Positions 1 through 8,672 of a stretch of DNA of 64,000 nucleotides are shown in pieces. The translations under genes were made by a program, and so were the position numbers. The stretch lies in contig CAVQFQ010000021.1 in NCBI GenBank assembly GCA_963711835.1, positions 160,001-224,000 on the forward strand, read 5' to 3'. This DNA comes from an uncultured delta proteobacterium. GTDB taxonomy: Bacteria > Desulfobacterota > RBG-13-43-22. The stretch's first letter is position 1. Every line of letters begins with the position of its first letter. The notes under the pieces are model-generated. The model was not told the origin of the DNA. It saw nothing but the letters and a program-made list of their open reading frames with translations, and ran no database searches.

Positions 1-154
1 AATAATCTATAGGATGCCTCATTTCTTATCACGAGCTCTCGGAAAAAGTCAAGGGAACCGCTGGGGGTCGACAGGCCGGCGGCCGTAAACGGTTCCTTGC
101 CTGGCCTTGGATTGATGGTTATCTTTATTTTTAAAAAAGTTTAAAAAAAGAAGG

Positions 155-535
155 GTGCTTATCTTGTTCAGACTTAAAAAAAGAGAATCGGAAATCCCCC
201 GCTGCCCTTTTTGTCAAACACCTTTTGGGAGATTGACTAATCAGGCCCAGGGGCGGCGGGAAAATTTTTTTAAATGGACCTGCGCCTGCGGGGCCCTGGG
301 AATTTTTGATGCTACCGGCAATACTATGGGGGAGGCCATGCTGGAGGGCCTGCTCCTGGCCTGCGGGGAGGATTGGGAAAAAGCCGCCGCCCTGGAAGCC
401 GACCGGGACTATGAGGTAAAATTCCTGGAAGGCTACTCCAGGCATGAACATCGCGTTTTAGGGCTTCAGAGAACCTATAAAAGCGGTTTTGGGGCTTTTG
501 TCTTTATCCGGCTTCTTCCTGAAATAGGTACTTGA
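155..535 (+). CDS. Hypothetical protein with Zn-ribbon-like CxxC...CxCG motif
   Basis: 126-aa ORF with CPFC and CACG, convergent with the 545 gene; start uncertain. Confidence 0.65.
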   Translation: MLILFRLKKRESEIPRCPFCQTPFGRLTNQAQGRRENFFKWTCACGALGIFDATGNTMGEAMLEGLLLACGEDWEKAAALEADRDYEVKFLEGYSRHEHRVLGLQRTYKSGFGAFVFIRLLPEIGT

Positions 536-544
536 AGAAATAAA

Positions 545-889
545 CTACTTCAAACCCGACTTGGCCGCTTCTTTTTCATACCAGAGGGAAAAGGCATACA
601 TACCCAGAAAACGCTCGTCTTCTTCCATGATGCCCCGGCACATCTCCCAGGCCCCCTGTCCAAAGGCATTGCTGTAACTCGAGGCGTCGCAAGTCGTTAA
701 GAAGGCCCTGGTCAATTCCATGGCGGTCCGTTTTAATTTACCACGGCGCAAATCAATGGGATCCTTGGGCTGCACAAAGGGATCCCAGATCTCATACCCC
801 TTTCTCCGCACCCGTTCCTGCACCCTGGGGGACATGCTGTCAAATATGGCCTTCTTTCTTTTTTCCTCTTCAGGGGTCAACTGGGCCAT
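545..889 (-). CDS. Small hypothetical protein, third gene of YcaO-YkgJ operon
   Basis: 114-aa ORF, SD AGGAGG upstream, 14 bp after the YkgJ stop. Confidence 0.8.
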   Translation of the reverse strand: MAQLTPEEEKRKKAIFDSMSPRVQERVRRKGYEIWDPFVQPKDPIDLRRGKLKRTAMELTRAFLTTCDASSYSNAFGQGAWEMCRGIMEEDERFLGMYAFSLWYEKEAAKSGLK

Positions 890-903
890 CGGGGTGCCCT
901 CCT

Positions 904-1551
904 TTATTCCAAGCCAAAGTATGTTTCATTATAATCGGTCAGCAGACTGGTGGAGAGGGGAACCAGCTCGATCGCCTTTTGAGGATCGGCCGCCTGGATT
1001 TCCTCCAGCAAATCCCTGGAAAGGACCAAGAGGCGCTGATGAAGTCGGTCCATATTGACCGTGGGATAGGAGACCCCCTGGGTGAAACCCGACCGGCCGC
1101 AGGTAAACCCTTTCCCTTGAATGGAGGTCGGAAGCCCATAGACCCTGCAGGTCAGGGGCCGGTGCTCATAGAGATCACAGAGATCCCTGTCGTTGAGAAA
1201 GGGGCAGCGGATCCTTTCCTCTGCCAGGCGGCTCAGCACCTCTTCCTCCCTGGCCCCCTCCTGGGTCATCATCTTGTGAACTTTGCGTTTTAACTGATAA
1301 AATTTTCTATCTGCCCTTTCGGCCCTCTCCAGGATCTGCTCCTGCTTTTCCTTGGTCAGGCCATGGAAAAAATGAAGATTGATATAAACGGATTCGATCA
1401 GAGAAAGGTCAAAAACGGCCTGACAACAGTCGGCACATTGTTCCCGACAGAGAAAATTCTCGGGATAGTCAGCCTTTACCCGAGAGGTGAGGCTCTCTAA
1501 CTGGTTGACGAAGGCCTCGTATTTTCCAAAAGTCTGTGAGTAATCCAACAT
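904..1551 (-). CDS. YkgJ family (CxxCxxCC) cysteine-cluster protein
   Basis: CREQCADCC, RCPFL...CDLYEHRPLTCRVYG motifs. Confidence 0.9.
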   Translation of the reverse strand: MLDYSQTFGKYEAFVNQLESLTSRVKADYPENFLCREQCADCCQAVFDLSLIESVYINLHFFHGLTKEKQEQILERAERADRKFYQLKRKVHKMMTQEGAREEEVLSRLAEERIRCPFLNDRDLCDLYEHRPLTCRVYGLPTSIQGKGFTCGRSGFTQGVSYPTVNMDRLHQRLLVLSRDLLEEIQAADPQKAIELVPLSTSLLTDYNETYFGLE

Positions 1552-1602
1552 CCGCGTTTTCCTTCCTGCCGCTTCCTTTTTTGGCCCGGGGTTTGGACGA
1601 CC

Positions 1603-3357
1603 TCAGCTTTTTGAGGGCGGTTCTTCCTGCCCGACCATCAGGCCGAGTTTGGCCAGGTTGTCCCTGGCAAAATCAAGAGAAGGATCCAGTTCCAGGGCCA
1701 TTTGATACAGTTTGACGGCTTCCCGGTAGAACCCCAATTCCCTTAGGTTGGACCCTATATTGGCATAATCGATGCCGGATCCGGGATCGATCTCGATGGC
1801 CCGCTCGAAGGCTTCGATGGCTTTATGATGGTCCTTTAATTTATAATAACAGAAACCCAGGACATTATGGATTTCTTTCTGGGCTTCATTATACGATTTG
1901 GCCTGATCCAGGTAGGGAAGGGCCTGACGGTATTCGCCCATATCTTTAAGGCAGACGCCGATATGGCAATAGATGCTGCTCAGATCGATATCCCTTGGAT
2001 TCAACTCCAGGGCCTTCCGGAAGTGGACCAAGGCCTCCTGCGGCCGATCCTGGCGCTCCAGGGCATAGCCCAGGAAGAAGTGGACTTCGTAACGTTCCGC
2101 GAAAAGGGCCTCCATCTTTCGAAGCTCGCTGACCGCTCTTTCCGGATCTTCCAGCATGGAAAGCAACTTAACCATGTGGAAAAGCACTCCCGTATGCCGG
2201 GTCCGGTCACGGAAATGGGCCCCCGGGATAATGGTATAGACGGCCGGTATTCCCAACAGAGGATGGGTCACATTGACGATAAGGACCTCCAACCCTACCC
2301 GGGCCAGGGCTTCGCAGCAGGCTTCAATTTCCAGCCGCATATTAGGGTGGGCCAGATCAGGCAATTCATTCAGGGCAACGATCTTCGGAGAGGTCATAAC
2401 ATACCGGGCTTCTTCCAGATTCCGATATTTCGGCAACGTGGGGCGGTACTGGGTCCGGTTGATGAAATCACCGGCCAACTGGGCGATCTCCGTTACAGCC
2501 CGGATCAACGATTTAGCCGGACTGGTAGTGGTGCCGGCCGTGAAGACGATTTCACTTTTCTCCGGGAAAGTGGCCGGATCATAGGCTAGAGACCCTACCG
2601 TGGGAATCCCGGTATCCAGTGAAAAATCCTTCAGGAACAGCTTGATTCCCAACCGGTCGAATTTCCCGATCAATTCTCCGGCAACGGGATCAGTTACGGA
2701 AGCCGGATCGATTGAGGGGGTCAAAAGGAAGTCATGGCTGATGACCGAAGAGACATGCCGCTCCACCACCTCGCACAGGCCCTGCAGGATGGCTTCTTCC
2801 AGGGTATTGCCGGCTGAAGGGCCGTTGTATTCGTGAATCAGATAAAACCACTGGATCGGGACCAGGACATCCTTTTTACGGGTCAGATTATAAGCCCAGA
2901 CCCAGTTAAGAGGCATCTGATCATAAACTTTCCTCAACTGCGGCAACTCCGGCGACCGGTCGTAAAAAGACAGGGCCAGCGAGTCAAAAGGCAAGGCCCG
3001 CTCACTGACGGCTTCATAGCGTTCCTCAAAAAAAGGGGCCGTCTTGATAAAATGGAAGAAACTGAATCGTTCCACCAGTTCCATAAGGGCGCTGGCTTCC
3101 GATTGTTCGGCCGTTCCCCCCTTTCCCATCTGTTTCTGAGTCCCTATGACTTCAACGGCATCCTTCCCGCAGCGACTGATATAAATGGGGATGTCTAATC
3201 GTCCGCTGTCGATCCGGAGGGTTTCTTTGAGGATATCCAGGTCAACCATTTTTAACTTGGCCCGTACCCGGGCAATGGTCTCCCGGGGATCAGCGGCTTT
3301 TTCCTGGTCGTAGGTATAGCTCTTAAAACTGTCTTTTAACAGGATTCCTGATGACAT
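1603..3357 (-). CDS. YcaO-family ATP-dependent enzyme with C-terminal TPR domain
   Basis: QMGKG, SALMELVERFS, NGPSAGNTLEEAILQGLCEVVERH YcaO motifs; last ~150 aa are TPRs; start placed at MSSG behind SD GAGGGGG. Confidence 0.9.
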   Translation of the reverse strand: MSSGILLKDSFKSYTYDQEKAADPRETIARVRAKLKMVDLDILKETLRIDSGRLDIPIYISRCGKDAVEVIGTQKQMGKGGTAEQSEASALMELVERFSFFHFIKTAPFFEERYEAVSERALPFDSLALSFYDRSPELPQLRKVYDQMPLNWVWAYNLTRKKDVLVPIQWFYLIHEYNGPSAGNTLEEAILQGLCEVVERHVSSVISHDFLLTPSIDPASVTDPVAGELIGKFDRLGIKLFLKDFSLDTGIPTVGSLAYDPATFPEKSEIVFTAGTTTSPAKSLIRAVTEIAQLAGDFINRTQYRPTLPKYRNLEEARYVMTSPKIVALNELPDLAHPNMRLEIEACCEALARVGLEVLIVNVTHPLLGIPAVYTIIPGAHFRDRTRHTGVLFHMVKLLSMLEDPERAVSELRKMEALFAERYEVHFFLGYALERQDRPQEALVHFRKALELNPRDIDLSSIYCHIGVCLKDMGEYRQALPYLDQAKSYNEAQKEIHNVLGFCYYKLKDHHKAIEAFERAIEIDPGSGIDYANIGSNLRELGFYREAVKLYQMALELDPSLDFARDNLAKLGLMVGQEEPPSKS

Positions 3358-3430
3358 GTTTTGATCCCCCTCTTTACCTAAGCTCCCCATAAATTCATCA
3401 CTACCAAAGAAGCACTTTACCTAAATTAAC

Positions 3431-3459
3431 TTGAAAAAGGCCGCCATTGGATCTATAGT
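3431..3459 (+). promoter_or_regulatory. sigma70-type promoter of DUF151 gene
   Basis: TTGAAA-N17-TATAGT. Confidence 0.55.
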
Positions 3460-3486
3460 TTCGATAAATCCTAAGGCGAGGCAACG

Positions 3487-3942
3487 ATGGCAGAATCCCC
3501 TTTTGTGGCCATAGATGAAATCATCCTGAAAGCCGAAAGCGATGCGGGGAAGACCCTGATCTTGAAAGAAAACAAGGACTCGGATTCGGCCTTAGTCATG
3601 TTTGTCGGGGAGCCCGAATTCATAGCCATCGCCAAAGAAAAAGGGCTCATCCAGACTCCGCGGCCCTTAACCCACGAACTCTATTTGAAGATCCTGGAAA
3701 ATCTGGGGGTCCGCTTCCTCCGGGTTGAGATTTATGATCTTCGAGACCAGGCCTATTTGGCCAACGTCCTTTATGATAAGGATGGGAGCGAAGCGACCGT
3801 GGATGCTCGGCCCAGTGATGCCCTGGCCTTGGCCCTGAACCGCCGACTCCCGGTCTTCGTCCATCAAAAACTTCTACGCAAGCAAATAACCCCCGAACAG
3901 GTTGAATCTTATAAGGATCTGATTAAGTCCGTCAGGTTTTAA
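3487..3942 (+). CDS. Bifunctional nuclease family protein (DUF151)
   Basis: PRPLTHEL and DARPSDALALAL motifs. Confidence 0.9.
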   Translation: MAESPFVAIDEIILKAESDAGKTLILKENKDSDSALVMFVGEPEFIAIAKEKGLIQTPRPLTHELYLKILENLGVRFLRVEIYDLRDQAYLANVLYDKDGSEATVDARPSDALALALNRRLPVFVHQKLLRKQITPEQVESYKDLIKSVRF

Positions 3943-4633
3943 AGCAAGCCCTCTCCCCTTTTTCGACGAAACCTCTTTTGGCGAATCCGTCCATTTCAAA
4001 AATAACCGGGCTACCGGTCGCAATTTCCAGCCTGGCCACCTCCTCCGGGGGCAGGCCTTTTATGATCATCATCAGGGCTCGCAGCGGACTGCCGTGGGCC
4101 GCCACCAGGACGTTCTGATTTTGGTCCAGGCAAGGGGAAATCTGTTCCCAAAAATAGGGAATAACGCGTTCCGTCAGGTTCTTTTGCGACTCTCCCCCGG
4201 GCGGCGCCTGGTCATAACTTCGACGCCAGAGTTGGACCTGTCCCCGGCCCCATCGTTCGGCGCAATACCCTTTCTCCAGGCCCTGAAGTTCCCCGTAATG
4301 GCGTTCCATTAAGGCCGGAGTGCGGTAAACCGGCAATTCGCATTCCCGGTTTTGTCCGGGTCGCTTCCCTATGGCCGGGCTGCGCCGGTCCTCCGGCATC
4401 AGGATGGGAGTCCGTTGATCCTGATTTCCGCTTAAGACCAGCAAGACCGTTTCAAGCGCCCTGATTAAGGGGCTGGAAAAGGCCACATCAAAGAGGATGT
4501 TCTTGACCTGTCGGCCGGCTTCTTTGGCCTGCTCCCGACCCTGATTACACAGGGGAACGTCCACCCAGCCCGTGAATCGATTTTCGAGATTCCATTGTGA
4601 TTGACCGTGACGGATCAATACCAGTTTGCCCAA
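3932..4633 (-). CDS. gpmA: 2,3-bisphosphoglycerate-dependent phosphoglycerate mutase
   Basis: LIRHGQSQWNLENRFTGWVDVPL, ERHYGELQG, WRRSYD, VAAHGS. Confidence 0.9.
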   Translation of the reverse strand: MGKLVLIRHGQSQWNLENRFTGWVDVPLCNQGREQAKEAGRQVKNILFDVAFSSPLIRALETVLLVLSGNQDQRTPILMPEDRRSPAIGKRPGQNRECELPVYRTPALMERHYGELQGLEKGYCAERWGRGQVQLWRRSYDQAPPGGESQKNLTERVIPYFWEQISPCLDQNQNVLVAAHGSPLRALMMIIKGLPPEEVARLEIATGSPVIFEMDGFAKRGFVEKGERACFKT

Positions 4634-4711
4634 GAAGAGAAAACCTCCTTGCCTTAAAGCCTAATCAAAGATAGTTGAAATTTTACTCCACCGTTGATCG
4701 TTAGGGTGGTT

Positions 4712-4777
4712 GGGGGTCTTGTTTTTTGAGTTTTCCAAAAGGGGACTCGGCGCCCTAAATCCGGCCCGAATCAGTTA
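4712..4777 (-). repeat. Truncated copy (3' end only) of the ~230-bp structured repeat family
   Basis: gggggtcttg..ttttccaaaaggggactcggcgccctaaatccggccc aligns by eye with 47815-47870. Confidence 0.6.
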
Positions 4778-5173
4778 ATGGGAAGGGATCATCCGCACCA
4801 ATACTTTTCGGCTTCGTGGCCCGTCAAATTCACAAAAAAAAATCGACTGCCAGGTTCCCAGAACAAGGCGGCCTGACTCCACTAAAACCGCCACCGAGGA
4901 TCCTATCAAGCCAGCCTTGATATGGGCTGGTGAATTTCCTTCTCCGTGCCGGTAAGGACCTTTGGAGGGCACAATCTGGTTCAGGGCCGTCAGGATATCC
5001 GCCTGAACGCTTGGATCCGCCCCCTCATTGATGGTAATACCGGCGGTGGTATGGGGTATGAAAACAAAGGCGATCCCTTCCGAAACCCGGCTTGCTGCAA
5101 TCGCCTGCTCCACCTGCCTTGTAATATCAATAAATTCGGTTTGTCCGGAGGTGGTGACGGAGAAAGTAACCAT
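4775..5173 (-). CDS. yjbQ: YjbQ family protein (secondary thiamine-phosphate synthase-like)
   Basis: HTTAGITINE, HGEGNSPAHIK, LGTWQSIFFCEFDGPR. Confidence 0.9.
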   Translation of the reverse strand: MVTFSVTTSGQTEFIDITRQVEQAIAASRVSEGIAFVFIPHTTAGITINEGADPSVQADILTALNQIVPSKGPYRHGEGNSPAHIKAGLIGSSVAVLVESGRLVLGTWQSIFFCEFDGPRSRKVLVRMIPSH

Positions 5174-5310
5174 GCCTTTTAATCTCCCTTTGAACAATTC
5201 AAAAAATAAGACCTACTAAGATCGCCTGTCCATGATGAATATAATTTTCTGGATAGTCCCAAAGTTACGTAATTCTCAAACCGAAGGGGTAGCCTCTTAA
5301 AATATTAAAT

Positions 5311-5550
5311 CACCCCAAAGGGCTTCAGGGGTCTTGATTTCAAGGATTGTCCGCCAAAACGCCAGCAGCCTAACCCCGGGCAGGAAGTTTATAAGTAGTT
5401 TTAGAAACAGGCCAACACCAAAACGATTTATCGTCTTGGGTGAATGCCCGGCTCCTAATCAACTTGGAAATTCGGGCCGGGTTGGGGCAACGGATTACCG
5501 TTCGGACAACCTTGGAATCAAGACCCCTGAAGCCCTCTATGAATGGGGTG
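5311..5550 (+). repeat. Structured repeat family copy 1 (long terminal inverted repeat; MITE-like or ncRNA)
   Basis: agggcttcaggggtcttgatttcaagg ... ccttggaatcaagacccctgaagccct; core shared with 28063 and 47808. Confidence 0.85.
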
Positions 5551-5601
5551 CTTAAAAATCACGTAACTTTGGGACAAACTCCAGTTTTCAGATGGCTTTG
5601 T

Positions 5602-6852
5602 TTAAGTTCCGCTTTTAACCCAAGAGGGCAAAATGATCCCACCCTCGGTTCTTTTTTCAGGGGCGGCCTCCTCGGCCGCTTTTTCCGACTCTTCCGGCAG
5701 GAGCGATTTTCCAACCAGCCAGGATAAAAAAGGATTTTCCTTCCCGGAAGACCTATCTTCTTCGGCCGTTAAAGAAGAAGCGGTTTGAAAAAGGGATACG
5801 GCCTGAGTCCTTTGGTTTTTCAGATAATAAAGATAAGCGGCCTCCTCCAGAAATCGTTTCAGCCTTTCTATTTCCTCTTTCGGGAACAATTCCCGGACTG
5901 CCTTCCGGACGATCTCCTGGATTTGGTCCCGCTTCTGGGCCTCGCTCAGGATCAAGACGCTTTCCTTGACCCGTTTGATCTCTTCCAGAAAAGGCCCGGA
6001 TTTCTCCGGGTTCAAGGAAAAATAAAAAACTTCCGGAATAAGGCTTAAAACCGAGGGATCCGGGAATTCCCCAGAGTCGGGGGCCTGCTCCGAGAAAAGA
6101 GTTGTTCTTAAAGGAAAAGGCCGAACCTCTCCGGCCTTCTCGATAAAACCCATTACGGCCTCAAAGACCTTCTCATCCTCCACAGAGAGTTTGGATCCCT
6201 GCTGATGAGCCTCTTTTATAAGAAAGGCCAAGTGCCCGGCATCGGCCGCTAAGAACGGTTGCCCGACCCCTTCTTCCATCTCTCGTAAAAGCTTCCTGGC
6301 TTCTTTTTTACTGGCCTCCATGGCCCTCACATCCTCAAGACCCCCCTGAGAACCGATGAGGGCGAAGGTGAAGATCCGTCCTCCCTGAGGTTGGGGAAGG
6401 AGTAGAGCTGCCATCCGGCTGCCGGACCCGTCATATTCTGAGATATGCCCTTCCATGGGAACTGGAGGAATTTCCTTTAAGATTCCGCGCCTGTTTCCCT
6501 CTGTTTTCTCCTCATGGAACTGGACCTTTAAGCCTTTTTGTCTAAGTTGATAGAGTGCCCGCCGGATTATTTTTTGAACACCCTTTTCGGAGATCTCGCT
6601 CTGGAGTCGAAGTAACTGGTTGATGGTCCATTCATCGGGCTGGGCTGTGAAACTCTGGAAGAAAAGTTCCGCCAGCAAACGGTCCGACTCCAATTGGTGA
6701 GCTATTTGGCTCAGGGCGTCAAAGGCAACACCCTCCCGCCCATCTTCCGATCTCAGGGTTTGGATAAAGGCGCTGACCTTCCCCAAACGAAGAGAGTCCG
6801 TTTCCTTGGCCTTCTGGTTAAGGTTGGTCTTTACTGAAGAGACCATAGACAT
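5602..6852 (-). CDS. Hypothetical protein (416 aa)
   Basis: Long ORF with normal composition; no recognised motif. Confidence 0.8.
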   Translation of the reverse strand: MSMVSSVKTNLNQKAKETDSLRLGKVSAFIQTLRSEDGREGVAFDALSQIAHQLESDRLLAELFFQSFTAQPDEWTINQLLRLQSEISEKGVQKIIRRALYQLRQKGLKVQFHEEKTEGNRRGILKEIPPVPMEGHISEYDGSGSRMAALLLPQPQGGRIFTFALIGSQGGLEDVRAMEASKKEARKLLREMEEGVGQPFLAADAGHLAFLIKEAHQQGSKLSVEDEKVFEAVMGFIEKAGEVRPFPLRTTLFSEQAPDSGEFPDPSVLSLIPEVFYFSLNPEKSGPFLEEIKRVKESVLILSEAQKRDQIQEIVRKAVRELFPKEEIERLKRFLEEAAYLYYLKNQRTQAVSLFQTASSLTAEEDRSSGKENPFLSWLVGKSLLPEESEKAAEEAAPEKRTEGGIILPSWVKSGT

Positions 6853-6940
6853 CCTTTCACCTTCAATAGACGCTAACTAAAAGGGTAGATATTGGCATGC
6901 TTACCTTGATTTTGTCTATAAAAATTTAGAATCATTTCCT

Positions 6941-7009
6941 AAAATAAAAAGCCGGCTTGTTTAAGGCCGGCTTTTTAAGAGGAAAGGAGAAAAAGAGATT
7001 TTTTGTTGC
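6941..7009 (-). ncRNA. Putative sigma54-dependent small RNA (~68 nt) with CU-rich anti-Shine-Dalgarno segment
   Basis: Lies between a consensus -24/-12 promoter and an intrinsic terminator, has no ORF, contains CUUUUUCUCCUUUCCUC. Confidence 0.65.
6946..6976. terminator. Intrinsic (bidirectional-type) terminator
   Basis: AAAAAGCCGGC-N9-GCCGGCTTTTT. Confidence 0.85.
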
Positions 7010-7019
7010 TTCTCTTTAC

Positions 7020-7036
7020 TGCAAGCATGGTGCCAA
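7020..7036 (-). promoter_or_regulatory. sigma54 -24/-12 promoter
   Basis: Minus strand TTGGCACCATGCTTGCA matches TGGCAC-N5-TTGC. Confidence 0.85.
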
Positions 7037-7063
7037 ACTGGAAGTTGCGAGGCCTTCCCTATC

Positions 7064-7076
7064 TAACATCATGATT
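7064..7076 (-). promoter_or_regulatory. IHF-like site
   Basis: AATCATGATGTTA, one mismatch to WATCARNNNNTTR, about -55 to -67, with AT tract upstream. Confidence 0.5.
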
Positions 7077-7131
7077 TTTATAATTAATTTTAATTTTTAG
7101 GCTTATCCTGGTTGTTTATTGCGTCTCTGAA

Positions 7132-7151
7132 AAGTAAAAATATTTTTACTT
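7132..7151. promoter_or_regulatory. Putative enhancer (UAS) for the adjacent NtrC-family activator
   Basis: Perfect 20-bp palindrome AAGTAAAAATATTTTTACTT about 130 bp upstream of the predicted start. Confidence 0.55.
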
Positions 7152-7240
7152 AATTAAAAGGTCACTGGGCTTTAAACGATATAACAGTTTAAAATAATTA
7201 AAAAATTTCATGTAAAAAATTTTAGCCTCCTTATCCGGCT

Positions 7241-8608
7241 TCAGGAAAGATTATATTTCTTTATCTTATATCTCAGCAGGTTCTTTTCAATCCCCAGGAG
7301 TTCCGCGGCCCGGCTTTGGACATAACCGGATGCCGTCAGCGCCCGGGTTATCATCTTTATTTCTATCATTTCAAGGACCTCATTTAATTTGGCCCCGGCC
7401 GGAATAAATCTTTCCGTCAGCCATTCAGGATCGACGGAGGACTTCTTCCCTAAAGGCAGGTCTTCCGGCCGGATGGACGGACCGGAATGGAGTATAACCG
7501 CCCTTTCCAGCATATTTTCTAATTCTCTGATGTTCCCGGGCCAGTCATACGTCAGCAGCCCTTCCATCGCCTCGGGAGATAAACGCGGGACCTCTTTCCT
7601 GTTCATTTCCCTTGAGAATCGTTCCAGGAAATAGCGGATAAGCAGAGGCAGGTCTTCCTTCCTTTCTCTAAGGGGAGGAACCTCTATGTGAACCACGTTC
7701 AAGCGGTAAAAAAGGTCCTCCCGAAAGTTGCCCTTGGCAATTTCTTCTCTCAAATCCTTGTTGGAAGCGGCCATGACCCTTACATCCACCTTGATGGTCT
7801 TGTTGCCTCCCACCCGCTCGAATTCTTTATTTTGAAGGACCCGGAGCATGGTCACCTGAACCGAGGGAGACATCTCGCCTACTTCATCCAGAAAGAGCGT
7901 GCCCTCGTTGGCCAATTCAAATCGTCCCTTACGCTGGCTGACCGCCCCGGTAAAGGATCCCCGTTCATGGCCGAACAGCTCGCTTTCCAGCAGGGTTTCG
8001 GTTAAGGCCGAACAATTGACCGAAATAAGGGGCTTGTCCTTCCGGTCGCTGCTGAAATGAACGGCCCGGGCCACCAGTTCTTTGCCCGTACCCGACTCCC
8101 CGGTGATCAACACCGTAGCGCGGGTACCGGCCACCTTGGCGATCAGATCCCGGACTTGTCTCATGGGCAGACTATTCCCCACCAAATCGGTGGGGCCGAA
8201 TTTTTCCTTCAGTTCCTTGGAGAGCAGCCGGTTTTCCTTGATGATTCGGCCCAGGGCCAGGGCTCGGGCAATCGTTTTCTTTAAGACCTCATTGTCAAAG
8301 GGTTTGGTGATATAATCGGAAGCCCCTTTTTTCATGGCTTCAACGGCCTTTTCCACCGTCCCGTAAGCGGTCATCATGATGACCGGAAGGTGGAGGTCTC
8401 TCTCTTTCAAGAGGCTGAGCAATTCCATACCGCTCATGGCCGGCATTTTCATATCGGTAATAACCAGATCCAGGTCGTTTTCCTGGATGAGGCTCAAGGC
8501 TTTCGAGGCCGATTGAGCGCTCAGGACTTCGTAGCCCTCCTCCTCGAGTAATTCGGTCAACACCAAAAGGTAATTTTTTTCATCATCGACCACTAAAATG
8601 GTTTCCAT
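7241..8608 (-). CDS. sigma54-dependent response regulator (NtrC/AtoC family)
   Basis: REC domain, GESGTGKEL, GSFTGA, FREDLFYRLNV, WPGNIREL, C-terminal HTH. Confidence 0.95.
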   Translation of the reverse strand: METILVVDDEKNYLLVLTELLEEEGYEVLSAQSASKALSLIQENDLDLVITDMKMPAMSGMELLSLLKERDLHLPVIMMTAYGTVEKAVEAMKKGASDYITKPFDNEVLKKTIARALALGRIIKENRLLSKELKEKFGPTDLVGNSLPMRQVRDLIAKVAGTRATVLITGESGTGKELVARAVHFSSDRKDKPLISVNCSALTETLLESELFGHERGSFTGAVSQRKGRFELANEGTLFLDEVGEMSPSVQVTMLRVLQNKEFERVGGNKTIKVDVRVMAASNKDLREEIAKGNFREDLFYRLNVVHIEVPPLRERKEDLPLLIRYFLERFSREMNRKEVPRLSPEAMEGLLTYDWPGNIRELENMLERAVILHSGPSIRPEDLPLGKKSSVDPEWLTERFIPAGAKLNEVLEMIEIKMITRALTASGYVQSRAAELLGIEKNLLRYKIKKYNLS

Positions 8609-8672
8609 CTTCTTAACACCTTCGTCACATTCGTTGCTGCTGCCTGGTCTTCTTTTCCGAAGGGGAAAGAAA

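Noticed and set aside
1-22. Possible gene start on the minus strand (MRHPIDY)
   Set aside because: Only 7 codons are visible; cannot be supported
6892-6910. TTGGCATG on + strand as a second sigma54 promoter
   Set aside because: No TTGC at the required spacing
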